Shown here piece after piece: positions 27,112 through 40,529 of a DNA stretch of 64,000 nt; the first letter of the stretch is position 1; the number at the start of each line of letters is the position of its first letter. The notes below the pieces were generated by a model. It ran no database searches. It was not told the origin of the DNA and saw only the letters and a program-made list of their open reading frames with translations. The DNA is from Octopus bimaculoides. Its lineage: Eukaryota. The stretch is taken from the NCBI RefSeq assembly GCF_001194135.2, contig NC_068989.1:21833526-21897525 (forward strand), given 5' to 3'. The position numbers and the translations under genes are program-made.

Positions 27112-28225
27112 TGACTAATAATATTTATAATGTGAATACAAACATGGAATGGCAGTAAACTGCAATATTTTGTCTCAAAAAAAAACCTATCAAAGAGACA
27201 TGTGTAAAAACAAGGATTCACTCAGAAAGCCAGTATATCTCCAGGCATACGTTTTGAGCTGATTCGGTCATCATATCAAGATACTGAGTTGCTCTAAGAC
27301 TAGCTTCAAATAGTCACAAAAGAGTGTCCTCTGGAAATTCTGAGCTAAGCTGAAAATGCTTGTTCTGATATAAGAATTAATAAATAATACATTTAATGAG
27401 TTGTGTAAAAGCTAATATTTTCACTGGAAACAGGTGTTACATTAAAATACCAGTGTATATAACAATGTGTGTATAAGTGTGGGATGATGTTTAGTTATAA
27501 TATTTTATTTCAGAGAAACATCTCACAAAGACATAAATGATAGAAACTTTACTGTAGAGAGACTGCTTGGCATTCAAGTCATTACATTTTTTATAGCACA
27601 TTAAAACTTAACAAAACTATGAAATGCCACAACACACACACACACACACACACATATATGTAATTATATTTCTATCACACTCCTATTCATCTTGGCTCTT
27701 CTGTTCTCTTTTATTCGATTCATTAGCTAGGTCGCTGAGTGAATAAATGCAGGAGAGTAGTGAGGACTCTAATGCGGTACAAGGCAATTCCCAAGGGGGT
27801 GGTGCCACTATGATTTCATCTAGGATACTTTGCAAAATAGTTAGGAAATGAGATATGGGGTGCTAGACAAGATCCTTTAGTCTTGTCAAGAACATGGTAA
27901 TCCTTTCTAGTACTGGTGCCATAGTAAAATGCACCCAGTTCACTGCAAAGTGTGGGATTGAGAGGACTGTTTAGTCTTGTTGAAGACATGACAAGATGCT
28001 AATGCTAGTGCTATAATAAAATGCACTCAGTACACTCTGTGAAGTGGTTGGTGTAAGGTAGGATAACCAGTCATAGAAACCAAGTCAGATATAAAGAGAT
28101 ATGGTCCTTCACTCCATTTAACCCAACTCCATATAGAAAGTGAATGGAAAACAATGGCAATAATATATTTTATGCCGCCTTTAACTCAATGTTTTCAAGT
28201 TGACATTAGTTACAAGGGTCTGTCA

Positions 28226-28530
28226 TCGTATCGTCGTCGTTTAACGTCCGCTTTCCATGCTAGCATGGGTTGGACGATTTGACTGAGGACTGGTGAAACC
28301 AGATGGCTACACCAGGCTCCAATCTGATTTGGAAGAGTTTCTACAGTTGGATGCCCTTCCTAATGCCAACCACTCCGAGATGTAGTGGGTGCTTTTACGT
28401 GCCACCGGCACGAAGGCCAGTCAGGCAATACTGGCAACGGCCACGCTCAAAATGGTGTATTTTCCGTGCCACCTGCACAGGAGCCAGTTCGGTTGCACTG
28501 GCAACGATCTCGCTCGAATGTCTTTACGGA
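28226..28530 (+). mobile_element. Repeat family E, RTE-associated SINE/LINE tail (other copies about 33050-33310, 36243-36540)
   Basis: Shared gtttaacgtccgctttccatgct...ggatgcccttcctaa(c/t)gccaaccac segments in three copies. Confidence 0.7.
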
Positions 28531-31500
28531 ATATAATTCTAATTCCTTTAACAATCCAATTGAAAATGGTATCTAGCAAATTGTTAGTCATCAACTTCAC
28601 CTTCTATACTCTTTTACATATGACATTCATAATAAGTATTACATACCAGGATACAGCTACATTCTCAAAAAATACTCAACCAGACTTCCACTGAATCTAC
28701 AGTCACTACACAAAGCATTTACTGAATGCAAGCATAATAATAATCTCAGATTAATTTGCTATGTAGCATCTAATTTACATTCTTAAAATAAAGTCATTAG
28801 AAATTTACAAAGCATTTTATCTAAACTAATTACAGCAATGTGAAATGAAAAACGAGAATTAATGAAATTATGATAGAACTCGTTGGGATTCATCCACAAA
28901 GAATGGATTTATAATTAGTCATAGTTTAGCCTTAAGTCAGACTGGATCCAGCAGATCCATGATCAAAGGTATTCCATCAAGGGGCTACATTATCCAAAAT
29001 GTTCTTCCATGAAGCTTGAAAGGTGTCAGTGAAGATTTGGTTGCAATTTCTAACAAGACAAGCACCTTGGTAGAAGCTCCCTCATTCGCTATTTTCTACA
29101 TTGTTTCTAACGTAGACAAAAGACCTAAAAACTTAAGGCAAAAGGTCAGTCCTTTAAATTGAACCCATTAAATTGAATATTTGACTGGAACTCTATTTTA
29201 TCGATTCCTGATGGATGAAAGGCAAAGTTGACTGTGACAGGATTTGAACTCAAAACGTAAAGATCTACAAAAATTACAGCAAGACATTTTGTCTGATGCC
29301 CTAACATTCTTGCTCTTAATGAACTCTAGCCTCTTATTTTTCATTAGCTTGGCTTCATCAGCAGTTTTTTCTTTTATTAGATTTCGAAAGTTGTAAGTCA
29401 TGACAACAAGAGAAGCTGACACAGGGAGCTTAGATAGGAAATTAGCATTATTGTTACAATAACTATGATTGTTTTTCTGAGTTTTAAATCAAGATAACAT
29501 CAATACAAGAATTGAGCTCATCACATTTTTGAGAGCATTACTTTAAATCTGTGAATTTGCCATTTGCTATGCTTATAGTGTTTGTATGTGAGAGAAGGTT
29601 AGACATATGGTAATATATGGTTGAGAGGAAAGGGGAAATGAGAGAGAGAAGACAGGAGGATAATTCAGTGGTGACAAGAGACATTGACAAGGAGGGAAAA
29701 AGATGAGGATAAAAGAGGGAGAGGGATACGCTCAGAGAATGTGAGAAGGGAAATAAGTAGAAGGAAAGAAGAGAGAGAGATAGCAGAGAAAAGACAGAAA
29801 TGACAGGGTGAAAAAGAGATGAAAATAAAATATGGAAAACAGATAATGGTAGGGAAACAAGGCTGAAAACATCATAGAAAAATGGGAGTGGCAGTGGTAG
29901 GAGTGATAGTCCATTAACCCAAGATTATAGAGTTAAAATTCAACCAATGAAAATTGGTAATACCAGAATATTAGGTGAACTCTAAAAGGTGTTATATTCT
30001 GTCTTTTGGCAAAAACATTTTTGTTCCAAATTAAGAGAAAGTATTTATTTAGTCGGTCAGGAGTTGAAGTTTCAAGCAGATTGACCACACAAGACTTGAT
30101 AGCAGAACAATAGCTCAACAGCAGTATGAAGGTCCAGACTGTATAACTGATGAACAGCCAGCTAGATAGCTATTTTAGGTGCTAATACTACCAAGATCAA
30201 CTTCCAGATCAATAAGAGGAAATATATGCAGCATATTGGAACAGGTGATGAACAACCAGAGTAATTGATGCCATGAGTCATAATGAAACATTTACTCAAT
30301 TACCTCCATGTTAAAAGGAGATACTCATACAATAATATCTACGACAAACCTAAAAGAACTGCAATTTAGCTGTTCAACTTGCTGGAAATAGCAGCTAAAG
30401 CTCCCTAAAAAAAATACACTATCATTCATAAAAGTAGAATACATTGGATAACACTTTTCTAGATATACAAAAAGACAGGACAGTAACAGATGGAATTATC
30501 ATAGATTTATTGACCAGCACTTGGGATAAAATGGCAAGGCATCACTGTCCCTGTTACTTAGCTAACCCCTGCTTAAGCAGATCAAATGGTGTTAAAATGT
30601 TTGCTATTCATATTTATTTGATTCTAACGAAAAGGTGTAACATTATAGATTATTAGGATATTAGGTGTTGAGTGGAGTGAGAATTTCTCTCCCATCACTG
30701 GTACAATGTCCATAAATAAGCACAGCATTTGACTCTCAATGGACTAGTCTATCTGAAAGCAGGACAATTATAGCTCACTACCATTAGCAGCAAGGGCACT
30801 GTATTTATAGAGCTGAATTAACAGTTACCTTTAGATTTAAATAATAGAACAGTCAATCACTGCAGTTTTCTCACTGAAAATACTGTAAATGAAGCAGATA
30901 GAGAATCAGTATGTGTTATATACAAGTTGGTGAATATTTTAAACAATAGATACGATGGGGGGTTCATAAGCAATTAAATACTTTACAAATAGTTATTTCA
31001 TCAACCACTGAGAAAAACTACAATAGTAAAATGTCTCCTGGGGCTAAATTACAGCAACATTCATCCTAAACCAGGACTGCCATGTTATGTTGGCAAAAAT
31101 CTTTACTCCAAAGTACTGTTGCTGAATATCTCTTGTGAGATTTTTAAAAATAGTAATTTTCTAATGTTTACAATATGGTGAAAATAAGTCCATAACTCAT
31201 TTGGTAACAGTGGTCGTACTAAAGTATTCGTTTAAATAAATTGTATCTATAGAAAAATTGGCTTGATGGTTCCCATCTTTCTCCAAGAAGTTAGGGGAAC
31301 ATGTGGTTTAAACCAAACAAGTTAACAAAATACAGCATCTCCACTGCTTACATAGCACTGTATGAACTAATGTTACCTATTTATTAAATAATATGAGTGA
31401 GTGCTGAAAAGCTCCTAGCTTTTAGGGTATCATGAAAAGTATGGTTGGCACCCAGCATTCTAAGTTCTTTTAGAGGGTTTAGGAAAACTGAAGGACCACT

Positions 31501-33469
31501 GTAATAAGTGTGTGAATCTGAAAGGGGAATATGTTGAATAAAATCATAATTAACCGATCCTCCTGTATTTTTTAATACCCAAAGACAGGAACTTTTCATC
31601 ACCTCCTCGTACATAAAGCTTTTGTTCAGTCTAACATACAATATGTCAACACTTTTTTTTCATGAAGCAATTATTCTATAAACTCAGTCAATTATTAAGT
31701 ATCTATAATATGGATTCTCTAGAAAACTAACAATCTTTAATTTGTTTCATTTTGACTGCAGCCATGCTGGAGCACCGCCTTAATTAACTGAAGGGATTTG
31801 TGGCTTGTCTGCCTTCCTACTTATTAAGACTTTGGTTTTTGCTAGGTTGACTATAAGGACCTTCGATTCTAATCCTTGCTTCCACAACTGANNNNNNNNN
31901 NNNNNNNNNNNNNNNNNNNNNNNNNNNNNNNNNNNNNNNNNNNNNNNNNNNNNNNNNNNNNNNNNNNNNNNNNNNNNNNNNNNNNNNNNNNNNNNNNNNN
32001 NNNNNNNNNNNNNNNNNNNNNNNNNNNNNNNNNNNNNNNNNNNNNNNNNNNNNNNNNNNNNNNNNNNNNNNNNNNNNNNNNNNNNNNNNNNNNNNNNNNN
32101 NNNNNNNNNNNNNNNNNNNNNNNNNNNNNNNNNNNNNNNNNNNNNNNCAATGAAAACTAACCATTCCGAAGATTAATCGTAGACGCGTTTCTGGATTATG
32201 AGTGATAAATACTCAATTTCCTTCATCGATACGATATTCCAGTAGTAAATTCGACTATGCTAGCAAACTGTGCATGCATGAACGAGTAACATTCTACATC
32301 GACACAGATCTGAAAGCATAACCGAATCTACCTTGGCCAGCCAGCCCACTATCCTTCCTTCAAGAAATTACCATGTGTGTGACAAGCAATACCGCAGAGA
32401 ATCTGCGTTTACTAACAGGGAGTGAATAATTATTACAAATTAAAAGGGTAAAGGATTATCAATTTATTAATAAATCAACAATTAATAATTTTCACCAAGC
32501 CCTTCGGTATGTAAGCACCATTATCGGTGGAGAACTTATTTAAAAGTTCAAATATTTTTATAAACATAATTAAGGGACCAGCAAATATTTGCTTCACCAC
32601 ACACACATATATATATATATATATAAAAGACAGACTTCTCTCTTTAGTTTCCGTCTATCAAATCTACTCACAAGGCTTTGGTCAGCCGAGGCTATAATAG
32701 AAGGCACTTGCCCAACGTGATATGCAGTGGTACTGAACCTGGGACCATGTGGTTGGGAAGCAAACTTCTTACCACACAGCCACACCTGTTGTTTATGTTT
32801 ATGAATCAATGAATTGCAACCATCACTGCCTGTACAAAGGAGATGTAATTATGTTACAACTATCAAAGAACATCAAAAAAAAAAAAAAAAAAAAAAGACT
32901 GGAGGATGCTTCAGAAGAGATAAACAGAAAAATTAAAATGAGTTAATTAAATCTGATGATTAATGTAATCCAATAAGGTGACAAAAAATAGAATCTGTAA
33001 ACTACCAGGGAAAATTAGTTTTACTGTTTATTCGCATCCTTTTACATTCATCGTCATAATTTAACATCCAGGTTCCTTGCAGGTATAGGCTGGATGGTTA
33101 GGTAGGACCCGGCAAGAGCAAGGACTGCATTGTACTCCAGTATCTTCTTTGGTATCATTTCTATGGTCGGATGCCCTTCCTAATGTCAACCACTATATAG
33201 TGGATACTGTGGTGCTTTTTTTATTACCCAATAGCACCAGTGGGGTTACTGTGTAACTTACAAGACTATAAACCACAAGGCAGGTCCTTATACAAAGAGA
33301 TGAGGGGTTAAAGCTTAAGAGAAGAGGGCAGAGCAGGTTTTTTGTTGTAGAGGAGGGGGGGCTACTCAGATTTAGACAAGAGAGAGACAATAATTAGTTG
33401 GAGCTGCAAAGAGATGAAACCTTCACCAGTAAACTTTTCCTTGCAAGACGTACATAAAATGAGATATAT

Positions 33470-35250
33470 TTGATTATATTCTCCTCTATAATTTGTGGTC
33501 ATGTGCCAATTTCAAAATAGATATTCAAAAATATCCCACTTTTCTGTTTGCTAGAATGATTTTTCCAAAAAAGGAACTGGTAGCTGTATGCTGAAAAAGA
33601 AGATATTGATTGAGTTATTTAGCCCTAGGTAGCCCCGATTCAGTAGATCTCTGATCAATTGTAACTAGACTATCAGTTTTTATGTTTTTATCTATGTATA
33701 GTGTACCAGAGATTACATTAACCAATATGTCCTTTATTTCAGTAGCATGTGGTTTGAGGAACATTCAGCTACTGTTTCTAACAAAATAAGTGACTACATT
33801 GACTTGATTTTGATCAAATAAAAAAGATTTCTATCAGCCCAGTCTAGTAGAAGGGTTCTGTACCCATATCTTTCACTGGCCCCCTAAGACCAGTAATACA
33901 CATTGTTAATATTCCTCTTAAATGGTTGCAAATAGATGACTGCAAATAAAATGTGCAGGAAGGAGTTCTGGGGAGGTAGTTAGAGAGACCTTAATGGGGA
34001 GTGAGGATTTAAATGATACAGATAGTGAAAGAGAGAGAAGCAAATTGAGAGTGCATAAGTGAGACCAGTTGTCCAGCTCTCAAAATCAGAGACCACAGTA
34101 ACATTGGCAAAGGCAGCATGTCAAATAGGCCAGTCAGTCAAATGGCCTTTCTTTGAATGCAGTCTAAGATATCCAGGAGTGTGTGTGTGTGTAGCATCTG
34201 CAGACCTAGTTACAGGAATAGTGCTCCATTTCAAAAGTTGAGCTTTGTAGACGATTAATATCTGAAATATTTTCTGGTGCTGAAGTTTTGTAATGCCGTG
34301 TTTGTTATGTCAAGGATATGTGTTCATCAGAAGAGGTCCTCACTGATGGTGAGATCTAGCATTCATAGCAAATTTGAGGTTTCTAGTTGCATGCTGCTTG
34401 TATTTGGGGTGGTGGGGAATAAATTTTTATCAATGTGTGTAGTGATTTTTATATTTGTATTGTCGAAGGAGATAGGATTGGCAAGACCTCAATGAAAGAT
34501 ATTTATGAATTCTCTGTTTATGAAGCCAGTGCAGGTTTGGTATGGGGGAGTGTATGATGCATGTTGATAATGCTTAAAATTAGGTTAGGGAGAAATGAAA
34601 GGTGCTATCATCAGTGTAAAAGTGGGCATTGTTAGAAGTGACAGAAAATAGATTGCTAGCATATAGGAGAAAATGTGTGAAGGACAAAATTGAACCCTGA
34701 GGTCACATCAAAGTTGACAGAATACAGGCCAGAGAGAGCTCAACATATGCCATAATAGTTGATCTGACAGAGAGTCAGCAACACAAGAGACAGGAGATAG
34801 AACAGTTTTGCTAGCAGATTTGCATGCTAGACAGGTTTAAAAGTTTTAATACTGTTGAAGGTAACAATACTACTTTCCCTAAATTTATTAAGTGTGGAAC
34901 TCTACAGGTAACATATGAGAGTAGGACACTGGAACATTTGATGTTGCAAAAGATATACTGGTGGTCATTAAAAAGGAAATGAGATTCAATGTATTCAATG
35001 TAATGAAGGGAGTTATTCTTAATGGCTGTTACAATCCCCTTTGAAATGTAGGAAGTAAATGTGATAGGACAGTAGTTAGAAGGGTCCAGGATGTTTTCCT
35101 TTTAGGAAATGGGACTCACTGCATCTTGTTTTCAAAAAGATTACTATAACTGGTGAAGATTATGAAGAGCTTAATAATAGATGGAATAACCAAACTAATA
35201 TAATATATTCAAAGCAAATGTAATGTAGTGGTTTTTGCTTCAAATCAGAC
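33470..35250 (+). repeat. Segmental duplication block 1, copy B
   Basis: Colinear match to 1-1900, sharing the same decayed LINE and its flanks. Confidence 0.85.
33850..35150 (-). pseudogene. Decayed LINE reverse transcriptase (jockey/CR1-L2 group)
   Basis: Minus-strand motifs DPSNYCPITFTSYISK, IKTFKPV*HANLLAKL, PQGSILSFTHFLLY and YTDDSTFH, with stops and frameshifts. Partial paralogous copy at 380-588 and 1620-1680. Confidence 0.75.
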
Positions 35251-36984
35251 ACTTGAGCAAGAAAGAAGCAAAAAAAAATGAGGTATAAAAAGCGCCCACA
35301 CATAAAATTTTATATGCAAAAGTGTCGCTAAAGATCTGAAGCTAACAAAAAGGGAAAACAAATGGAGAAATGGTCAGAGACATCAAATATCACCAGTTTC
35401 AAATAAGACTACCCTTTTCCCATGTAAAAATGCAAGTAAATATCAATGTACATGCATAGACACATGTTACCAAATGACCACTGACTTCCAAGTTCATCCA
35501 ATCTTTGACAGGTTTTAAAAATTACTGAATTCCCCAAAGCAGAGTTGGTGGGATTGCTGGTTTAGTCACCAACAACTTGGTCACAAGAAACTTGAAATAT
35601 ACATCAGGTCATTGACATTACATAAGTTAAAAGTAATTAGTAAGTTAATGGTAAGACCTAATATAGATGAAGCACTAGCAAACGAATGCTTCATGTTTGA
35701 ACTAAAAATATTTTTAAGATTGTAACAACAACAAATTTAGATAAGTTACAATACCCAGTGTCATGTTTTATTGTTCTTGATTCAACTTGAATTAAGGTCA
35801 ATAAAATAGGCATCAATGACAGCAAAGACTGAACATGTTATTGATATATATACACTCCCATTGTAGACTAATTTACAAGTATATCAGCTTGAAAACACTG
35901 GTTCTTATCCAATCAGCAAAGTTAAGCAATGCATCACTGCTATGATCAATGCACTTGAATAATCAATTGGGAAACATTAACTGTCTTATATATCTTTAGT
36001 TTTCTAACAACAGTTGAGCTCACCTGGTTAAGAATTCTCAATCAAGACATCCCAAATTTGTTTCTACTTGCCCAAGATGCAGAACATAGCTTCAGGTTGA
36101 ACCCAAGCATTGTGAGTTAAATAGGTGAGACAGAAAATGTTTGGAAGCCTACTGGTTTGACTGTCCCTTATAATTCAATGGACCAGCCTTGTCATACAAA
36201 CACATTGACTCTCCTTGATAATTAGGTTAGAAGTGCATATCATCATCATTGTTTAACACCCATTGTCCATGTTGGTATGGGTTGGACAGTTTAACCAGGG
36301 CTGGTAAGCTGAGGGGCTGCAACAGACTCCAGTCTGATTTGGAATGGTTTCTACAGCTGGATGCTCTTCCTAACGCCAACCACTCCAAGAGAGTAATGGG
36401 TGCTTTTTCATGCCACCGGCACGGGTGCCAGTTGCATGACACCAGTATCTGCCACATCTACGATTTCACTTGGCTTGATGGGTCTTCTTCACAAGCACAG
36501 CATATTGCCAAAGGTCTCCATCATTTGTCATTGCCTCCATGTGTAAGTGGATATTAAGGACAAAAAGGATTTTGACACAAAATTACAAGCTGAATATTTA
36601 AGTGTTTATTTATATCTGTTTATGGCCCTTATCTTAACCTAAAGTTGTAGATAAATGTGAAACTCCTATGAAAAACAGGTTCTCAAATATGAAAATTGTA
36701 ATTAACCACCAACTCTTACCTAAGTTTAACAACAAAAATTTAGGGACTAGATTTTATTAACACAACGAATTATTCTTTTATTCTTTTACTTGTTTCAGTC
36801 ATTTGACTGTGGCCATGCCGGAGCCCCAACTTCAGTTGAACAAATCAACCCCAGGACTTATTCTTTGTAAGCCTAGCGCTTATTCTAACAGCGTGTAAAC
36901 ACACCAACGCCAGTTGTCAAGTGATGGGCAGACAGACAGACAGACACAAAGATACACACACACACACGTGTGTGTGTGTGTGAA

Positions 36985-37300
36985 GGTGCGTAGCTTAGTG
37001 GTTAGGGCTATTCGGCTCACGATTGGAAGGTCGTGCGTTCGATGCCAGGCGACGCGTTGTGTCCTTGGACAAGACACTTAATTTCACGTTGCTCCAGTCC
37101 ACACAGCTGGCAAAAATGAGTAAAATCTGTATTTCAAAGGGCCAGTCTTGTCACACTGTGTCACGCTGAATCTCCCCGAGAACTACGTTATGGGTAAACG
37201 TGTCTGTAGAGTGCTCAGTCACTTACAAGTTAATTTCACGAGCAAACTGTTCCGTTGATCGTATCAGTCGGGACCCTCGTCGTCGTAATGGACGCACTGC
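36985..37300 (+). mobile_element. tRNA-derived SINE sharing the family A 3' half with a different head
   Basis: tRNA-like head (tagcttagtggttaggg...gttcgatgcc) joined to the gccagtcttgtcacactgtgtcacgctgaatctccccgag tail of family A. Confidence 0.7.
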
Positions 37301-37304
37301 TCCT

Positions 37305-37347
<43 letters not shown>

Positions 37348-39056
37348 GACCGCTCTTCTTTCAGTTTCCGTCAACCAAATCCACTCATAAGGATTTGGTC
37401 GGCCCTAGGCTACAGTAGAAGACACTTGACCAGGTTGCCACGCACTGGGACTGAACCTGGAACCATGTGGTTGGATAGCAAGTTTCTTACCACACAGTCA
37501 CATTATATCAGCTTTCCTTTGAGATCGTTAACCTTTCGTTCAATCTTCTCAGGGGAAAGGGACACTGTAAGTGAACCCCTTCTCCGAGCCAAACGTATCA
37601 TGGACAGAGAGAAAAGAATGCCCCCCCCCACCCAATACTTAACAGGTACTTTATCGAACTTGGAAGAATGAAACGCAAGGTGACCTAACCGGGATTTAAA
37701 CTCCAAGCGCAGCGAATGGATATCGTGAGGCAATTCTTGTTGACACTCCTCCAACACCTCGGCCTATCCGCCACCTTATTCATTTTCTCTTGCCATTCAT
37801 AATCATTTTCTCTTCCTTTCGAAGTATTCATTTCAATTATACTGTACCGCTCCGAGAGATCTCTTTCTCGATCGTTGTTTGTGTAGCCTAGGTTCAGTTA
37901 CGATGGAGCAAGCTTAGAGAGATGGTAGGGTGAAATAGGAAGGAAATTTGTCTATCTGTAACAGTTTCAACGACCAGGTTAAGGAATCATTCGTATGTTC
38001 GTTTCCTTGGAATGTAAAAAGGGGCTAAAAGAGTCCAACTAGGTTATGAAATTACCTCTATTTTATTGTAACTTGTATGGTTGAACGAGAGAACTAAATG
38101 GTGCATTATTACAATATGGTTAGCGATTCTGAACATAGGTATCAAACTACAAGAAACAAAGTATATAGCTCGGTGCTCTCTTGCGCCTGACACCCATCTG
38201 ACGGTCAGGTATGTGTTATAAAGGGACAGAGAGATGAGATCTAGAAATAGTCACGTTTTCTTTTTCAAAACAATGCATGTATAGCAATGTAAGTGAATCG
38301 ATACTCAAAGAAGCGAAAGTGGACAGCAGATAAGGGTTAGCTAAAACAGAAATAATAGGCTATGTCGGCAACAGTTGGTTTCGTTCTAAAATGGTTTATT
38401 AAGATTCATTTATGGGGTGCATGCAAAGCAGTCAGGGAATTTCCAGAAAACAACGACGATGCCAATGCTGAAGGGAAAGGAAACCTTTTAAACGACCAAA
38501 CAACAAATCTTATATCTTTTCTATCTCGTCCCACCAACTTTTTACGGCAAAATTATAAAAGCAACATTTCACATATCTTCCATAGTAAATACAGAGATAA
38601 ATACATTCACGAGAAAATAAAGGAAAAATGCTTGGTCGTTANNNNNNNNNNNNNNNNNNNNNNNNNNNNNNNNNNNNNNNNNNNNNNNNNNNNNNNNNNN
38701 NNNNNNNNNNNNNNNNNNNNNNNNNNNNNNNNNNNNNNNNNNNNNNNNNNNNNNNNNNNNNNNNNNNNNNNNNNNNNNNNNNNNNNNNNNNNNNNNNNNN
38801 NNNNNNNNNNNNNNNNNNNNNNNNNNNNNNNNNNNNNNNNNNNNNNNNNNNNNNNNNNNNNNNNNNNNNNNNNNNNNNNNNNNNNNNNNNNNNNNNNNNN
38901 NNNNNNNNNNNNNNNNNNNNNNNNNNNNNNNNNNNNNNNNNNNNNNNNNNNNNNNNNNNNNNNNNNNNNNNNNNNNNNNNNNNNNNNNNNNNNNNNNNNN
39001 NNNNNNNNNNNNNNNNNNNNNNNNNNNNNNNNNNNNNNNNNNNNNNNNNNNNNNNN

Positions 39057-39068
39057 TATATCAGCCAT
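39057..39068 (-). CDS. SELENOI: Start of SELENOI/EPT1 first exon, copy B (MADI..., remainder in gap 38642-39056)
   Basis: 39057-39142 is identical to 8297-8382, including ATGGCTGATATA and the upstream promoter. Intron sequence left of the gap (38334-38604) is identical to 7660-7930. Confidence 0.7.
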
Positions 39069-39170
39069 CTTGATAGAGCAGACAATATTGTAAATGCGAG
39101 CGTTTGATCGGTAATATATGCTCTATTGACCAATCAGAGATGTCGTTGCAAAAGACTGTTGGAATTTATG
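39069..39170 (-). promoter_or_regulatory. Proximal promoter/5'UTR of SELENOI copy B
   Basis: Near-identical to 8309-8410; CCAAT at 39130-39134. Confidence 0.6.
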
Positions 39171-39350
39171 TAAAGATGGAGAGAGAAATATAGAGATGGA
39201 AGAGAGAGAGAGAAAGAGAGAGTAAGTGAGAGAGTAGTAGTAGCAGAGGAAAAGACTAAAGAAAAACGTGACACAAACACGCGCACATACATATTTTATA
39301 TATATAGTCAGCAGAAGTTATAGTGACTGAAGGATTGTGTGGTACTACTA

Positions 39351-39555
39351 AAGCAGCACGGTCCCGAACGCGCAGCCGCGCGTCCGCGCCAGCCAGTCGT
39401 GAGTGGTCGATCCCAACCCCAACCCTAACCCTAAACACGTATTCATTTGCACACGCGGGTTAGGGTTAGGGTTAGGGATAGGGTTAGGGACAGGGTTAGG
39501 GTTAGGGTTAGAGACAGGGTCAGGGCTAGGATCGACCACTCACGACTAGCTAGTG
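39351..39555. repeat. Inverted-repeat element with telomere-like (CCCTAA)n-spacer-(TTAGGG)n core; right end runs into a gap
   Basis: Perfect 19-bp inverted repeat 39395-39413 / 39529-39547 enclosing CCCTAA-like units (39412-39434), a 22-bp spacer and about 12 TTAGGG-like units (39457-39530). Confidence 0.85.
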
Positions 39556-40529
39556 NNNNNNNNNNNNNNNNNNNNNNNNNNNNNNNNNNNNNNNNNNNNN
39601 NNNNNNNNNNNNNNNNNNNNNNNNNNNNNNNNNNNNNNNNNNNNNNNNNNNNNNNNNNNNNNNNNNNNNNNNNNNNNNNNNNNNNNNNNNNNNNNNNNNN
39701 NNNNNNNNNNNNNNNNNNNNNNNNNNNNNNNNNNNNNNNNNNNNNNNNNNNNNNNNNNNNNNNNNNNNNNNNNNNNNNNNNNNNNNNNNNNNNNNNNNNN
39801 NNNNNNNNNNNNNNNNNNNNNNNNNNNNNNNNNNNNNNNNNNNNNNNNNNNNNNNNNNNNNNNNNNNNNNNNNNNNNNNNNNNNNNNNNNNNNNNNNNNN
39901 NNNNNNNNNNNNNNNNNNNNNNNNNNNNNNNNNNNNNNNNNNNNNNNNNNNNNNNNNNNNNNNNNNNNNNNNNNNNNNNNNNNNNNNNNNNNNNNNNNNN
40001 NNNNNNNNNNNNNNNNNNNNNNNNNNNNNNNNNNNNNNNNNNNNNNNNNNNNNNNNNNNNNNNNNNNNNNNNNNNNNNNNNNNNNNNNNNNNNNNNNNNN
40101 NNNNNNNNNNNNNNNNNNNNNNNNNNNNNNNNNNNNNNNNNNNNNNNNNNNNNNNNNNNNNNNNNNNNNNNNNNNNNNNNNNNNNNNNNNNNNNNNNNNN
40201 NNNNNNNNNNNNNNNNNNNNNNNNNNNNNNNNNNNNNNNNNNNNNNNNNNNNNNNNNNNNNNNNNNNNNNNNNNNNNNNNNNNNNNNNNNNNNNNNNNNN
40301 NNNNNNNNNNNNNNNNNNNNNNNNNNNNNNNNNNNNNNNNNNNNNNNNNNNNNNNNNNNNNNNNNNNNNNNNNNNNNNNNNNNNNNNNNNNNNNNNNNNN
40401 NNNNNNNNNNNNNNNNNNNNNNNNNNNNNNNNNNNNNNNNNNNNNNNNNNNNNNNNNNNNNNNNNNNNNNNNNNNNGAGTTAAAGCTATTTATAACAAAC
40501 TATGAGCTCCCGAAGGCTTCAGAATTTTA

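Larger units (their letters stand above)
37945..39170 (+). repeat. Segmental duplication block 2, copy B
   Basis: See block 2 copy A; offset about 30.7 kb. Confidence 0.9.

Noticed and set aside
39412-39530. Telomere fusion scar or chromosome end
   Set aside because: The orientation is (CCCTAA)n then (TTAGGG)n, enclosed by unique inverted arms, and the arrays are short and degenerate.
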